Positions 29,279 through 43,669 of a stretch of 64,000 nt of DNA are shown piece by piece; position 1 is the first letter of the stretch; every line of letters starts with the position of its first letter. Origin of the DNA: Glaucostegus cemiculus (Eukaryota); contig CDPCPM010000281.1 in NCBI GenBank assembly GCA_976551045.1, positions 186,001 through 250,000 of the forward strand, in the 5' to 3' direction. The notes below the pieces were generated by a model. It saw only the letters and a list, made by a program, of their open reading frames with translations, ran no database searches and was not told the DNA's origin. The position numbers and the translations under genes were made by a program.

Positions 29279-30909
29279 TAAATGAGTTCTTAAAGCATCC
29301 TGTAGTGTTTTATCCAGCAGTATAAATATAATATTTATTGTAGCATTTCCTGTAGCTTTATTAAATAATATGTATACAAAAAAAATAAGCTTATCAAAGT
29401 CTTGTATTCATTGCAAATCTTGACTGTGGATTAGTTGTTTGAGTTATATCCTCAAATTTTGTTTACCAGTACCTTTAATGATGTTGCTTTATGGCACATG
29501 AATTATCTCCTGTTTTCCTTTTGAAGCACTATTACAAGTTGTGTGATGTGTACTTGTACCAGAAAGTAAAATTATTTGTACCATTTCTTGTCCTCTTAAG
29601 TTACTTTGCAGTACCAAGGTTCTTTCCAAACAATGAATAGAAGTGCTGGAATTTATTTTATATTGACCTGTGCAGGTTTTCACATGACCTATTTTGTTTA
29701 TTCTCTTTCTCCTTTGCTTGTATACCAACTGTATTTTTATGCAAGTGGTAATGATGCTTCAGTCCGACTGTTAAGAGGTGCAGAAGAGTTTCTGAGCTAG
29801 GAGAATCACTATTAAATCTAACAATTACAGTGGAGAAACCTCTTACAGATTTTCAAAAGTTGTGTGTTAACTTGTTAGCACTTTGTTATAGCCATATTAC
29901 AACTTCAGCACTGATTGTATACCAGGCCATATATTTGAGTGAGCACTAAAATTATTTTGTAGGATATGTTTTGCCATCAGTTTATTATTAGTATAGCAGT
30001 GGTTACATTGCTTCAGGTTTTCAGAACACAATTTTTAATGTCTACTTCAAAAGTGCAGGTTTCTTAAGGAAAGGTGATAAGACTGAGATATATCCATGTA
30101 TATCCCATGTATTACTGCACCCTTCTCTAAGTATTGATAAGTTCTGTGGGAGATTTTTTAAAATTTCAATATAGATTCCTAAATTAAAGCAATAATTCCA
30201 CCCCTTCCCCACCCGATTATAGGACTAAAAACAACAATCTTTTTGGGCCTAATGTACAAATAACGACGACCCTTTTTCAAACTTAAGTAACTAAGTCTGC
30301 CAAAGTTTTTCAATCAGCCTTCCAAAATTTGTACTTTAATCTTTTCTATCCCTGAATAGACTCTTCTATGTAACATCACGAGAATGAGGTAGCTGTTAAT
30401 TCTGCACTATATTTTCTTGTACATGGCACATGCTTTACACTGGAACCTTGCTTAGCACACAGCGTAGGCTCCCAGGAATGAGAGCATTAATGGAATCAAT
30501 GTTAAAAGGAGCCATTATAGCATTTTATATGGAGATGTATTACTGACAGTTCTTCTGTTCCGGAAACCTGGCATGAGCTCCTGTCCACCCCATTGCTTTG
30601 TGCTATTGTGCCAAGAACCTGGCACAGGCTCCTACTCTCCACTGGCATTCCCCTAGCAGTTGCTTTGAATCAGTGTGGAGAGACTGCCTGTGAGGGAAGG
30701 TGCTGATCAATAGAAGCAGTGGCTGCTGGCCATTAACTGTGTCACCTTAAAGGAATCTTTGAGTTGGGGAGAGCTGTGCAGCCAAGTAATAAGAGGACGG
30801 AGACAGCACATTCTATTACATCTAACAGGAGGCAGTGAGAGAATTCATAGGATCCAGGTGGTCTGTCAACACCTGGAGCAGTCACTGCAAATCCCTAGCA
30901 ATTTGGGGG

Positions 30910-32790
30910 CAGCCTTGAGCCCCATATCTCCTCATTTCCTCATCTGTCTTAAATGGCCAAACTGTATTTTTAAACAGAGCCCTAATTCTAGACTCTCTCA
31001 TGAGGAAACATCCTCTCCACATTCACCTTGTTAAGATCCCTTGTATGTTGTACCCCTTGGATCTTGTATGTTTTAGTCAAGTATCTTCTCGGTCTCAGAT
31101 TCAGCAGGTACAAGTCTAGCCTTTCCAACCTTTCCTCATAAAACAAGTGCCCTGTTCCAGGTATCAGTCTGATTAACCCTTCAGCTGCTTCCAATTTGCA
31201 CATATCTTTCTTTAAATAAGGAGACCAATACTGTACGCATTAATCCATATGTCTCACCATTGCCCTATATAACTGAAGCACACTGCCAAAATTTTGTATT
31301 CCCTGTACCTTGCCATGCATGAGGACACCAAATCCTTCTGTACCTGAGCTGTGCAATCTCTCATCATTTAGATTATATGCTGTGGCAATTTCGCATTTTT
31401 GCTATATCCTGCTAAATCTTTGCCCACTCACTTAACCTAAAGTATCATTTTGTCGCCAAGGCACTGTTCTCAACTTTCCTACCTTTCCTGGTGTCATCAG
31501 TACCTTGAGCAATCTTATTTTTGGTGGCTTCATTCACACCATTTATATAAATTGTCAAAAGTTAAGGCCCAACCACTGATCCCTGTAACATACTGTTAAT
31601 TATATCTTGCCAACCAAGAAAATTTTGCCTACTCTCTGCTGGCCTACCTTCTATTCATGCCAATATGTTACCACCTTCACTGTGAGTTTTTATTTTCTGT
31701 GATAATGTTTGATAAATCAGCTTATCAAATGCTTCCAGAAATAGGTGTACTTCAAAGAACAACAATAAATTAGCCAAACATGAATTCACTTTAACAGAAC
31801 CTAGTTGACTTTGCCTGATTACCTTGAATTTAATATCAGACTCTAACATTTTCCCAATGATAGACATTAAGATGACTAATATGTAGTTCCCTGTTTTGTC
31901 CCTTTGAATAAAGCAGTCACTTTTGTTATTCTGCAGTCCAAGGAATTTTCCTCAGCCCACATCTCCAACAATTTGCTCAGTACCACTTCCTGCATTTTAT
32001 TTTTCCTGAGATTTTCCCTTCCGTTTCCTCAGATGTTACTTGGATCCTTTACATAAAAACTGATATAAAACATTTATCCTGTTTCATGCCATCTTTATTT
32101 TCCATTATTTTTCCCCAGATTCACTTTCAAAAAGACCGAGGTTCACTTTGTTGAATTTTCTTTTGCAGATGTCAAAAGGACCCCTTGCTACATTTTTTTG
32201 TCATTTCTGACCACCTTTATTGCATAGTCTAATTCTTCATTCCTTATTAATATTTTTAGTTATTTACTGTATTATATTCTGACCAATCCTCTTGCCTGCA
32301 GTCTGTCTTTGCCCAAATGTGCTTTTGATACTATTGTTAACTTCTTTAATTAACCACGGATGATGAGTTACCCTTTAGAATTTTGCTTTCTGATTTAAAT
32401 GTATCTTTGTGCATTCTGAAAGATTCCCTTAAAAGGTCTGCTTTCAGACTGACTCAATTGACCGTTTCTTTAAATTAATTTTAAATCACTTTAACTCGAT
32501 CTGCTGTTCATGTCCTCATAAATGCCCTCATTTATATTTAAAATGCTCATCTTGGACCCACTCTTCTCATCCCTAAATGTAGAATTCAATCATTATGATC
32601 GCTGCTATGTAGGGGCACCTTCACTACGAGGTCATTAATTAATCCTATCTTGTTATATAATACCAGTCCTACTATAACTTACACCTGATACGCTAAGAAG
32701 CCATTCCAAAAACTCCTTTGCACAACAGATATTTCCAGTCATTATATAGATTAAAATCCCATATAATATTTCCACTACCTTTCCATTATT
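30910..32790 (-). mobile_element. Decayed CR1 LINE ORF2
   Basis: ORF track remnants LFYEERLERLDLYLL..RRYLTKTYKI and SIIGKMLES..IRQSQLGSVKVNSCLANLLLFFE. Confidence 0.8.
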
Positions 32791-33129
32791 TCGATTTTTA
32801 TGCTCAATCCTACTGTTTGTTTATGGTGGTTTAAACTGACCTCTCTTACAAAGATCCCTTCTGCTCATACAGCTTGGGTAGCATATCAGATTTACCTTTT
32901 AGGCTTTTTCCAAAATCAGAGTACACCATTTGTGCTGAATTTAAAACTTCAATTTACAGGGTGGGTATCTAATGACATATCTTTTGCATTGAGAAGATCA
33001 TGATCCTTCATTTGGTTCAATGCAGGCAATGTGTGCAAAAATTTGATTGTAGCAGACAGACTGTGTGTAAAAGTATAAATTATTTGCCTATTTTTAATGC
33101 AGGTGGTTCAGACATAACTGCAAATGTTA

Positions 33130-33735
33130 CATTGAGCAATGGGGTTAGAGTTAAGACATAAGGAAGTTTTGTTACAATTATACAAGCTCTTGGCAATGCT
33201 CATGTAGAGTACTGTGCACATTTTTGGTCTCTTTCCGAAGAAAGTGTATAGTATCATTGGAGGCGGTCCAAAAGTGGTTCAGGAGGCTGATTCCTGGGGG
33301 GAGAAGATGGTCCTATCAAGAGAGGCTCAACAAGTTGGGTCTGTATCCTTTGAAGTTTAGAAGAATGAGGGGGGTCTTACTGAAATTTAAAGTGCCCTAA
33401 AGGAGGCATGATAGGGTAGATGTCGAGATGTTTTCACTGGTGGGTGAACCTCAAATGAGGGGGCATCCTTTCAAGGTAAGGGGCGAGTCATTTCAAACTG
33501 AGGTACGTAGAAATTTCTTTTAGCAGAGGGTGATGAATCTCTGGAATTCTCTGCCCCAGAGAGTTGTAGAGGTTAGCTCATTTAAAGTGGAGGTAGGCAC
33601 ATTTTTGAAAGTTTGGGGGATTGAGAGCAATGGGAATCTGGCACAGAGGAGGAGTTAAGGCCTGGGACAGATTAGCCATGAATGACAAGGCAAACTTGAG
33701 AGGCCAGGTGGCCTACTTTTTTCTTGTGTTCTAAT
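33130..33735 (+). mobile_element. CR1/HER1-like LINE 3' end
   Basis: gagtactgtgcacatttttggtctc...tttagaagaatgaggggg...cagagggtgatgaatctctggaattctctgccccagag...ggcctactttttt. Confidence 0.85.
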
Positions 33736-33808
33736 GATGGTGAAAGTTTAAAGAAAATTGCACAGTAATTCCTCTAGAATGTGACGTAAAATATATTTTT
33801 ATATTTGA

Positions 33809-34021
<213 letters not shown>

Positions 34022-34464
34022 TGACAGTAGTCATAACAGTAAATAATTAAGTTTAACCATGTTCAGTCTTAATATGTCAAATATCTTCTACTGTGAATAA
34101 TTCTCTGCTCACCAGAGGCAGAGTTTGTAGATAATGAACTTAACTTGAACTAGGCTTGTGCAGTTCTATGGTTAGTGGCAAAGCTGTGAAAAGCAGCTGC
34201 ATGAATATCCAGGATCAGAAGCGGCAGATATTCTGCAGTACTTAGTTACAGTACTGATAACAAAGGCAGAATTATCCATCGTGCAGAAATGTCCTTGCAT
34301 TTAATTCAGCTGGAAATACTTGCCAGGTGGCATCTGTAGAGGGAGAAGCAGTTAGAATTTTAAGATGATGGTCTTTGAGCAATAGCAAATGGAAGTTGTG
34401 ATTGTTGGAGTGTCACAGTAGGTGGCTGGCCCTCAGGTTTTATTGTAGATATGATCTTCCTTAG

Positions 34465-34722
<258 letters not shown>

Positions 34723-36159
34723 TAGTTTTGTTCTAAATTTCTTCACTGCTCTTGGGTACCCTTCCTGCATCTAAGAAGGTGACTATGTGACCTGTTCTTA
34801 GGTCACTGTAATTTCACTTCTCAGTTGCAGCCTGATGGTGTTCAAAACTGGATATATTTTTTCTCTTCTGGGAAGTACTTTTTTTCCTTATGATGACAGC
34901 TAAAACTGAAAGTTTGCTCCATTGTAGAAAGGTGCTTATAAGCATTTTGCATTACTACCCAAACAATAAGTTCTAGTTTTCAGACAGCCAATATTAATTT
35001 TGTATTATCTTGTAAATTTAACTGATTTAACCTCTTAATATTATTTTAGTTATGGTTATCTTATGTATGATCCATCATAAAATTTTTGGTTGCATGTTTT
35101 GCGTGCTAATTTTGATAATAGTGTCGTTTGTCTCCAGTGGTTAAGTCTGGTATTTCTTTAACTGTCAGGGGTTATCACCTGGGTGGGGCCTTCATGGTTT
35201 CCACATTCAGGGCTGCAGTAATCAAATTTATAAATGTTAAAATACTCGTGGGTTACATTTTTCTACTCTCCTGTTTATTGTTTGGAGAATTGAGGTTGTA
35301 CGATGGTTGCATGTGAAAATGCTTACGTTATAGTAGGTAAATGACAGATTCCAGAGTTTTATTGTAGCCCTCCATTGTTTTTTTTGTACATACGATTCAT
35401 CTTCATATTGTTTTATTAGTATCCTCAAAATTTAAATATTAAACAGTGTTCCTTAATGTTTTCATTAGCACAGTGGGATTACTAAGGTTAGCGTTCTTTC
35501 CTCCTCAGAAGCAATGAGTAAAAAGCCCCAACAAAGGGGTTCATAATTAAAATTTGCTGATCACTGCTGTTTCCATCATGCCAACTCTGACAGATTTGTA
35601 ACAATTATAAACAAGTTTCTAATGGAAGAGAAGAAGAGGGGTTGGTCAGTGATGGAATATCTTGCAACTTTTATCTGTTTTCCCCTTCTGCCACACCTGC
35701 TGCCCACTGTGGGCTTTGAGCTTACCACCATAAAATGTCTGATCGTGCCCCAACTGCCTATAACAAGCCCAAACTGATTCTTGAGATCCAAATTTCCCTC
35801 CCTCTGTCCCAGGCCTCTCTCCACCAATATCACCAATCCACAGCCTATCTAAGTTCCTCTGCCAGTTCTGCCCCATTGTAGAGTAAAGACATTTATGCAC
35901 ATCCAAAAGCAACTACATTGCTCACAGTACTTTTGCGCTGGTCTGCAAGTTCCATTTTATTTTAATGTACTGAATTTGTGTGCTTTTAAATGTATTTTTT
36001 AAATGAAAATATCAAAATATAAGTATGGAATATAACCTATCAAATCTCCCTTAATTGAAGACACCATTGCATGTTCAGATGTAAAAGCTGGAAATTCTGT
36101 TCTGTGGAAACTTTCCTCTCTGGGATGAAGTCTTTCAAATAAGTTTGTATGTTTTCTAG

Positions 36160-36498
<339 letters not shown>

Positions 36499-37197
36499 TA
36501 AGCATACACATGGAATATCTAAAATGCTAATTGTTCCAATGCTAGTGCAAGCAAGACTCTTAATTTTCTGCTAAAACCACTGTAATTATTCTGTATTTTA
36601 GTTTAATACTGTTGTAAAGCAAAATAATATAAAGGCAGTACAATTCATTGTTCTGAATCCTGCTACATCATTTTTATTATTAACTCTGTTGACATGTTCT
36701 TGTACAATATTTTGTCCTGAATATACAAAGAAGAAAAATTACTGTTTTCTCTGAAGCACAGCATCTATCTATTATAATCTTGTGACATGCTGAAAGGGCC
36801 GTTGATTGTTACTGAAGGTGGAATATTATGTATTTCTAAAGAGCATGTGTACTAATTCACATTAGCTGGGAGCGTTTACTTGGCGTTCTAACAATATTAC
36901 GCCATCTAACTATTGGTTCAATGCGCCATTCGGTTTGGCGGAAATGGCTTCCACAATATATTCTACCCTGAAAGATAGTCATTTTATTAGCATTTGCTGG
37001 CCACAAGATAGACTGAAGAATTGAGGGAAAAGTGTCTGAAGTAATTCTTAATTCTATTTAACAACATAATTATAAATATAGTCTCTGATTTTTTAAAATA
37101 TAAAGATTAGCTTTTTGAATATGATCCTTGCTGTTTCTAATCCTTTAAATGAGAACAAAAAGGAATATTAGAAATAGTTCTAGTATATTTAAATCTT

Positions 37198-37310
37198 AAA
37201 AACAGAATATGCTCAGTCAGGTACCACCTGTGGGTGAATGTACACAGGTGTTGCCTGATCTGAGCATTTCAGTTTTTATCCCATATTTCCAAGCTCCATG
37301 GTATTTTACT
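37198..37310. repeat. Miniature fold-back (hairpin) derivative of the Penelope terminal repeat
   Basis: aaaaacagaa tatgctcag tcagg tac cacctgtg [loop] cacaggtg ttg cctga t ctgagcat ttc agttttt; the arms are complementary. Confidence 0.65.
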
Positions 37311-38640
37311 TGTGTAAAGTTAACTTCAACTTGACAATCTCCTTAATTTCATTTGTTGCTCCCACTGTCTTTGATAGCTTTGAATCTTTTTTTATTTATT
37401 CTGGTTATCGGGGGGGGGGGGGGGGAAGGGAATAACTAAGCACTAAGATTATTTAGAATTGGTATTTTTCTAGATTCTGAAACTGACAAAAAATGACCAT
37501 TCCTAAGGTGAAAATTAATAAACAGGCTGTGTATTAACCCCATTCAGATGTGAAGCACCATTTTATTCTGGCAATTCTGTAAGGGTAAAATTGCACAACT
37601 CTTTCACATAATAGTAAAATAGTTTGTTCACAATATGTAATGTGGACTAAAAACCTTTGGTCATTGGTAGATTTTGTAAAGGAGTTTGTAAAGAACTTGA
37701 CTGTTGCAACCATTTCAGGGCAAAGTTATATTTCTTGATTGATGAACTGTAATTTTACTTCATGGCCAATAAAGGGTCTTTGCTATTATTTAACTTAAAG
37801 GCAATGAAACACAGTTGGTTTAAAGATGACATGAACTATTCTATTCTGAGGTGAAGTAGATCAGCATCTGCAGAATTCCCATAGTCTCCAGGAATATGAG
37901 AAAACTACTACAAACAATGATTGTCCAAATCATTAACTGTATTTTAGAATGCAATAGCCAACTGCAATCCTATTTTTTTTAAAAAGTAAGTAACATTACA
38001 TAGAACATTTAATGGCCTAGCTTTTGCAATCACAACCATACACTGGCATTCACAGCTGACCTGTGAGGAAGGCGCACCCATCAAGGTCCACATACACAAA
38101 ATTAGGTTTTTAGGGCCAATGAGTTTGCTAAGCAGTAAATGTGTAAACGTGCTCCGTATTCCATCAGAATCTCACTCGAGCCTCCTACAACAAAGAATAA
38201 TATTGACAGGGTATTTTGCAGTGAAGCTAGCTCACAGATACTGAAATTCCCATCACTTCAATGTATTTCTCAAGTGTGGTGGAGGACAACACAGATTGTG
38301 AAGGAGTACTGAATCATCAACAATAAGTTTGGAGGTTCTATTTTAAAAATATGCATGTCTGGAGGTCCTTAAGTCGATGTCAATTTTGTAGTATAATGAC
38401 AGAAAATACAGATATTTTTTGTCATTGTTACAACTGCAGAATCTAGATCAATACTTGCCAAAGTGAAAAATGCAAATTTCTTGTATTTAAGCAATAAAGA
38501 AATGGTTATTCAGTTCTGCAAATAAAACGGATAATCTGGTATGCAATAGTTTGGCACGTGGCTTACCAGGGCTCCATTTCCAGCAATCCTCTCTATGAAG
38601 AAATAACAGTGATTTGAAGGAAAAAAGATCATAGTGAAGT

Positions 38641-38850
38641 AAAAAGACATAGGTTAATTGGTTACTGTAAGTTACTCCTTAGTGTAGGTTTGTAGAAAAA
38701 TGAATCAACAAGGAGTTGATGGTGAAATGAAGGAGAATTTGAGCTATGGAGAACTGAGAAGGGAGGGAATGGGTCTGATGGGATTGCTATAAAAGGTGTA
38801 GGCATGGACCTGATATATAAAATAGCCGTCTTTGCTGTAATAAGTAAGAA
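38641..38850 (+). mobile_element. Partial HE1-like SINE (3' half)
   Basis: ggttaattggttactgtaagttactccttagtgtagg resembles 3872-3910; ggcatggacc tail. Confidence 0.5.
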
Positions 38851-40924
38851 CAGCATTTGAACTCTGCTCCATTAATAATGTTGCACTAACTCCCAGAAAG
38901 GAACTTGATCAGAAGCGTAGTGAAACTGCTTAAACCTACAAGCCATTCAGTTCAAACAGTTGAGTGTAATTTTTCCCACTTCCTTCACCCAGATGTCAGA
39001 GATAGCAGTTACTCTGTGGCATGGTCTTTGAAAGGGCAGACAGGTTGTCAATAACATAAGTGCTGATTCTTTTAAAAACCATTTTAAAATCCAGTCTGTC
39101 TTTCAAATCGTACTTAATTCTGACTAGCATTTCTGTAGACAACTGCTGCCGAGGTCCTCCTCGCAAGTCAATGTATGTAACTTACTCGCCGGTGGTTTGA
39201 AACACGCTTGTCAGAGACAAGCTCGGGAGTTGGGTGCCAGCACATCTGACATCCTGCTATGCTGCTGGACACACCACCCAGGGTCCAGTGGCAGAGAACT
39301 GATTTACTGAACTTGCAACTGGATGCACTTGCATCTGGCCATGTAGCTTCTGGTGTGGTTAGCACTCGCCAATTTATGTGAATGAAGTCACTGATCTTGA
39401 GTAAGCTTAGGTGAGTGCACTGTTTTGGTTTATTTTAATGTTTTTAATTAATCTGTAGCACATTAAGGTGCTTTTATTTCATTTGTTTATTTTATTAATT
39501 TTAGAACTAATTGAACTGCTTTAAGTGCTTTTCCTTATCAGAGATAATTAAGAACAATTCAGAAGTCTTTAACAGCAGCAACCTCTCAAAAGGCTATCCT
39601 GGTGATCAAAGCAGGTGCTGAGATCTGGTGATTGTTCATGGACCACATTACGAGAGAGCACTCGAATATGAAAGATCAGTTTGGTTGAGCCACTGTATCA
39701 GTCAGGATTATTGTGGGCAGGCACTGCAAATGGTGTGTTTGGATGGCAGGCTGAATGGTCTCATCTTTTTCAAAGAAAGCAATATCAGGATGAGGAAATA
39801 CTTGCTAAATTATTCAAGTTGAAAATAAATTGCTTACTTATGAAATGCATTTGAAGTAACTTTGACAATAATAATAACATGCATGGGTTTGTAATTTATA
39901 TAGTTAAAAGCAAATACATGCTGTAAGTTATGCAGAAATTATTTTCCTGCTCTTCTGTTTCCTCATTTACTGACTTCAATCCCACTGTTGCTGCCTACTC
40001 AGAATCTACAATTATATTTTTTCTGCCTTGAGTGGGTGGTTAGATCCCTGGTTTGCATTACAAAGTTGAGAAACCATAACATGAAATATCATAGACATGA
40101 TCAGTAGTGAAGAATGTCCTGGATTTCTTACCTGATTGCTATTCATCAAATGCTTAATTTTTGTTTCAAATATTAGAATCATCTGTGTAACACTTAGCTC
40201 AATAATATGAATTGTCTAGGAGTTTTCATTAAATTTTAATTCTTAACCATCCCAATTCACATGAAAGTAAACTGAATGCATCTATCTGTGAGCATAGATT
40301 TAACTTGCGTGATGTTATCTTATCAGTTTTTATTAATCAAAAAGCCTTTTGAAAGTTAGTTTTATTTCCAAAATAAGATGAAGGTTAGTTTTTCAAAATA
40401 ATCAAAAATGAGCTTTAGAAACAACTGCTTCTGAATTAATGCTGTACTTTAGTCCTTAAGTTGATATTTAGCTAACCTGAAAACATTAAAGGAGATATAA
40501 TTTATTCTGACAACTAAAATTTGTATTTCAAGTTAAATGATTATGTATTGAATTTTTCTAAGGTCTTTGGTTTACAATGTCTATGGAAGTTAGCATTTAC
40601 TTTTTTTATTTCTATTTTTGTCAATAATGTTTACAAGCAGCAGATGGCAGTGCAATTTCAAAGTCTTCAGCCATAACCAATTCTTTTAAAAATGAGGAAA
40701 TAAGTATTCTGGAGGTAAAGGGGTTAAATGTGAAAGTGCTGCATTTAATCTAGTTCTCAACTTTGGTTAATTGACTTTGTTTGGAAACTATACCTGTTTA
40801 ATCTTTCCTTAATTGATTGTTATTTTGTGCTATCACATTGAAGCATGGTGGTTTGTGCATACCAGTGGCTGTCTAATAGTCCTGAACCTAACTTTTGTGA
40901 ATTTAACTTTTTACTACTGCAGTA

Positions 40925-41690
40925 AAAAATAGAAAATGCTGGAAGTGCTCAGCTAGGCAGTCAGCAGCTGTGGAAAGAGAAACAGAATGTTTTGGATCAA
41001 AGCTTCTTCATCAGAACAAGGAAAGTGAGAAACAAAGTTAGTTATCAGGCTGCAGAGAGAGTCAGGGGAATGGATAGGACAAATGAATTATCCCTATTAG
41101 GGTGAGATCAGGGTTGTCCTAGGGATGAGCTGCAAACAAGTTTGGCTGTGAAGGTGAGTTTTGGTCAAAACTTTACTGAAAACAACGGAAACAAATCTTT
41201 TTGAAGAAAAAAGAAATGGACAGAAATTTAGTCACAGAGCAGAGCATGTTTAAGGTTGATATTCCTGAAAGAGAAGTGACAGTGAAGTTAAATATTAAAT
41301 AAAATTGCCAACTATATATTAAAGAAAAGCTGTTCTCTGCTTTCCAAAGGGAATTCTGTCTATCGCTTGTATCTTGTTCACCCTTGCTGGTTTCTGTTTC
41401 CATTCTGGTCTTCAACAAAGTGTTGACCAGAAGTCACCTTCTTTACAGATCATCTCCAGGGCAACCCTACCCTCACCCTGTCAGAGATATTTTCATTGTC
41501 CTATCTATCCCTCTCCCCAGCAACTTAAATACTAACTTGTTTTTTCTCCTTCCCAGTTTTGACAAAGAGCCTTCAATCCAAAGGTTAACTTTATTTCTCT
41601 CTCCACAGATTCTGCCTGACTTGCTGAGTGTTTTCAGCATTTTCTGTTTTTATTTCAAATTTCCAGCATCTACTGTATTTTGCTTTTTTT
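40925..41690. mobile_element. Fold-back Penelope-derived element with ~215-bp imperfect inverted arms
   Basis: The left arm (40925-41138) is reverse-complementary to the right arm (~41441-41655), e.g. gataggacaaatgaa / ttcattgtcctatc and agggtgagatcagggttgtcct / agggcaaccctaccctcaccct. Confidence 0.75.
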
Positions 41691-41959
41691 TCAGTGTTAC
41701 TGTAGATACTTTTCCCATTACAGGTAACCAGTGGTATCTATTTCAGGACAGCACCCTCTGTAGGAGATGTGTGATTCCTGAACTAGACAAGCATTGAGGC
41801 TCTTTAACCAATTGGATTGAAGAATCATCACAGAAAGCTAAACCAGAAAGATAAAAGAAACGAGATATGCATAACTTAAATGCAATTCATAAGAAATGAG
41901 ATTAATTGGGAAATACAGATGGTATTGAGGGAGAAGAAAATCAGATTTTTTTTTTACAT

Positions 41960-43040
41960 TACAACATAGAATTCCTTGGAAGGGAATGAAACTCCTCAAT
42001 TATTAACTTGAAATTTCAGCATGGTATTTGACAAAGTCCTACATCACCAATTAATCAAAAATAATAACTCATTGGTTCTGGGGAAAAAGTCAAGGCAGTT
42101 TATAGGTGGTTCAGTGGAAGATAGAAAAGGGCAGGAATCAGAGCTCCAGTGACGAGACGGCTATGTGCACCATGTTCTCTAGAATTCATTCGAGATCTAG
42201 TGCTTTTTTTGATATTAGTAACTTGGGGCAATGATAAGCAAGTCCACCAAACAAAAACAAAATATTGAGAGTTCAAAGCAACAGGAAGATAATAGTGGAC
42301 TAGTCATGTGGGTTCAAAAGTGGACAAATAGAATTCAGTCTGGAAATGTTTGAGTTAATGTATTTGGGAAGGATAAGTAAGGCAAGGGAATGCACAATGA
42401 AATGAGATGTCTATACACAGTCATTTGAATGTAAATAAGGTGCTTAAGAAGGCATATGGGAGGCTTGCCTTTAGCTGAGGCATAGAATACAAGAGCACAG
42501 AGATAATTCTAGATATACAACATATCTATACATACCTATATGACACTATTTAAGGCACAGCTAGAGGATAGTGTACAATTCTGGTCACTACACTATAGAA
42601 AGCACCAGAGAGAGTGCAGAGGAGATGTCCAGGGCTGGAGACGTGCATTTATATGGAAAGATGAGCTCAACTGAAACAATGGCGATGGGGTAAACTTGAT
42701 TGAGAAAACAAAGCCATGTAAGGCCCTAAGTGAGAGGTACTCAAATCCCTTGGTAGAGGGATTGGTATTCGGCAGATGTGGATTTAAGTTAATTGGTGGA
42801 ATGATTGAAAGAGTATTGAGGAAGTCTTTTTGGAGTAATGGAGTTCTGGAACTTGCTGCCTGAAAGAGTAGGGGAGGCAGAAATCTACATCCAAAAGGCA
42901 ACTGGTGGGTAGTTGAAGAGCCCATAACCTTTATAGAAACAGACTTGAGAGCTGGGAAGAGGGAGTAACTAAAATAATTGCATGTCTAGCCAGCATAGGC
43001 CAAATGGCAAACCTTCTGTGATATGATTTTCTATAATTCA
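41960..43040 (+). mobile_element. Decayed CR1 LINE ORF2 3' part
   Basis: gtatttgacaaagtcctacatc (FDKVLH); gtgtacaattctggtcactacactatagaaag; CR1-like tail ending tttctataattc. Confidence 0.7.
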
Positions 43041-43214
43041 TTGACTTTCTTGTATTAGTAAGATGTGTTTAAATTGAACAATGGTAATGTTAGATAGGTG
43101 ACTTCAGGATATACATTTTGTGTTTGTGCATTCCAGTGTTGTTTGTTATCAAATTGGAGCAGTCATTTTATCCTAATTCCAAATATTAATTCATTTTTTT
43201 CTGTTATTAAATAA

Positions 43215-43412
<198 letters not shown>

Positions 43413-43669
43413 TGACGTAATCCATGTCTGAATGCTATCTTGTCAACCCCAGAGCTTCAAAAATGATTTAGTATTTTCAGACATGAAATTCATCCAGTCA
43501 ATTTCTTCATTGTTGTCTCTTTTGTAAACTTTTGTCATGTTCATAACATTAAAAGCTTCTAAAATTTGCAGTTTCTTATTAATTTGAAACTGGATCTTTA
43601 GGTTAGAATTGATTCTTCCATTAATGTACCTACCTTTTGAACATAATATCAATCAATAACATCCAAATT

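Noticed and set aside
30565-30640. Short imperfect direct repeat aacctggca...gctcct
   Set aside because: Two degenerate 18-bp copies with no further structure.
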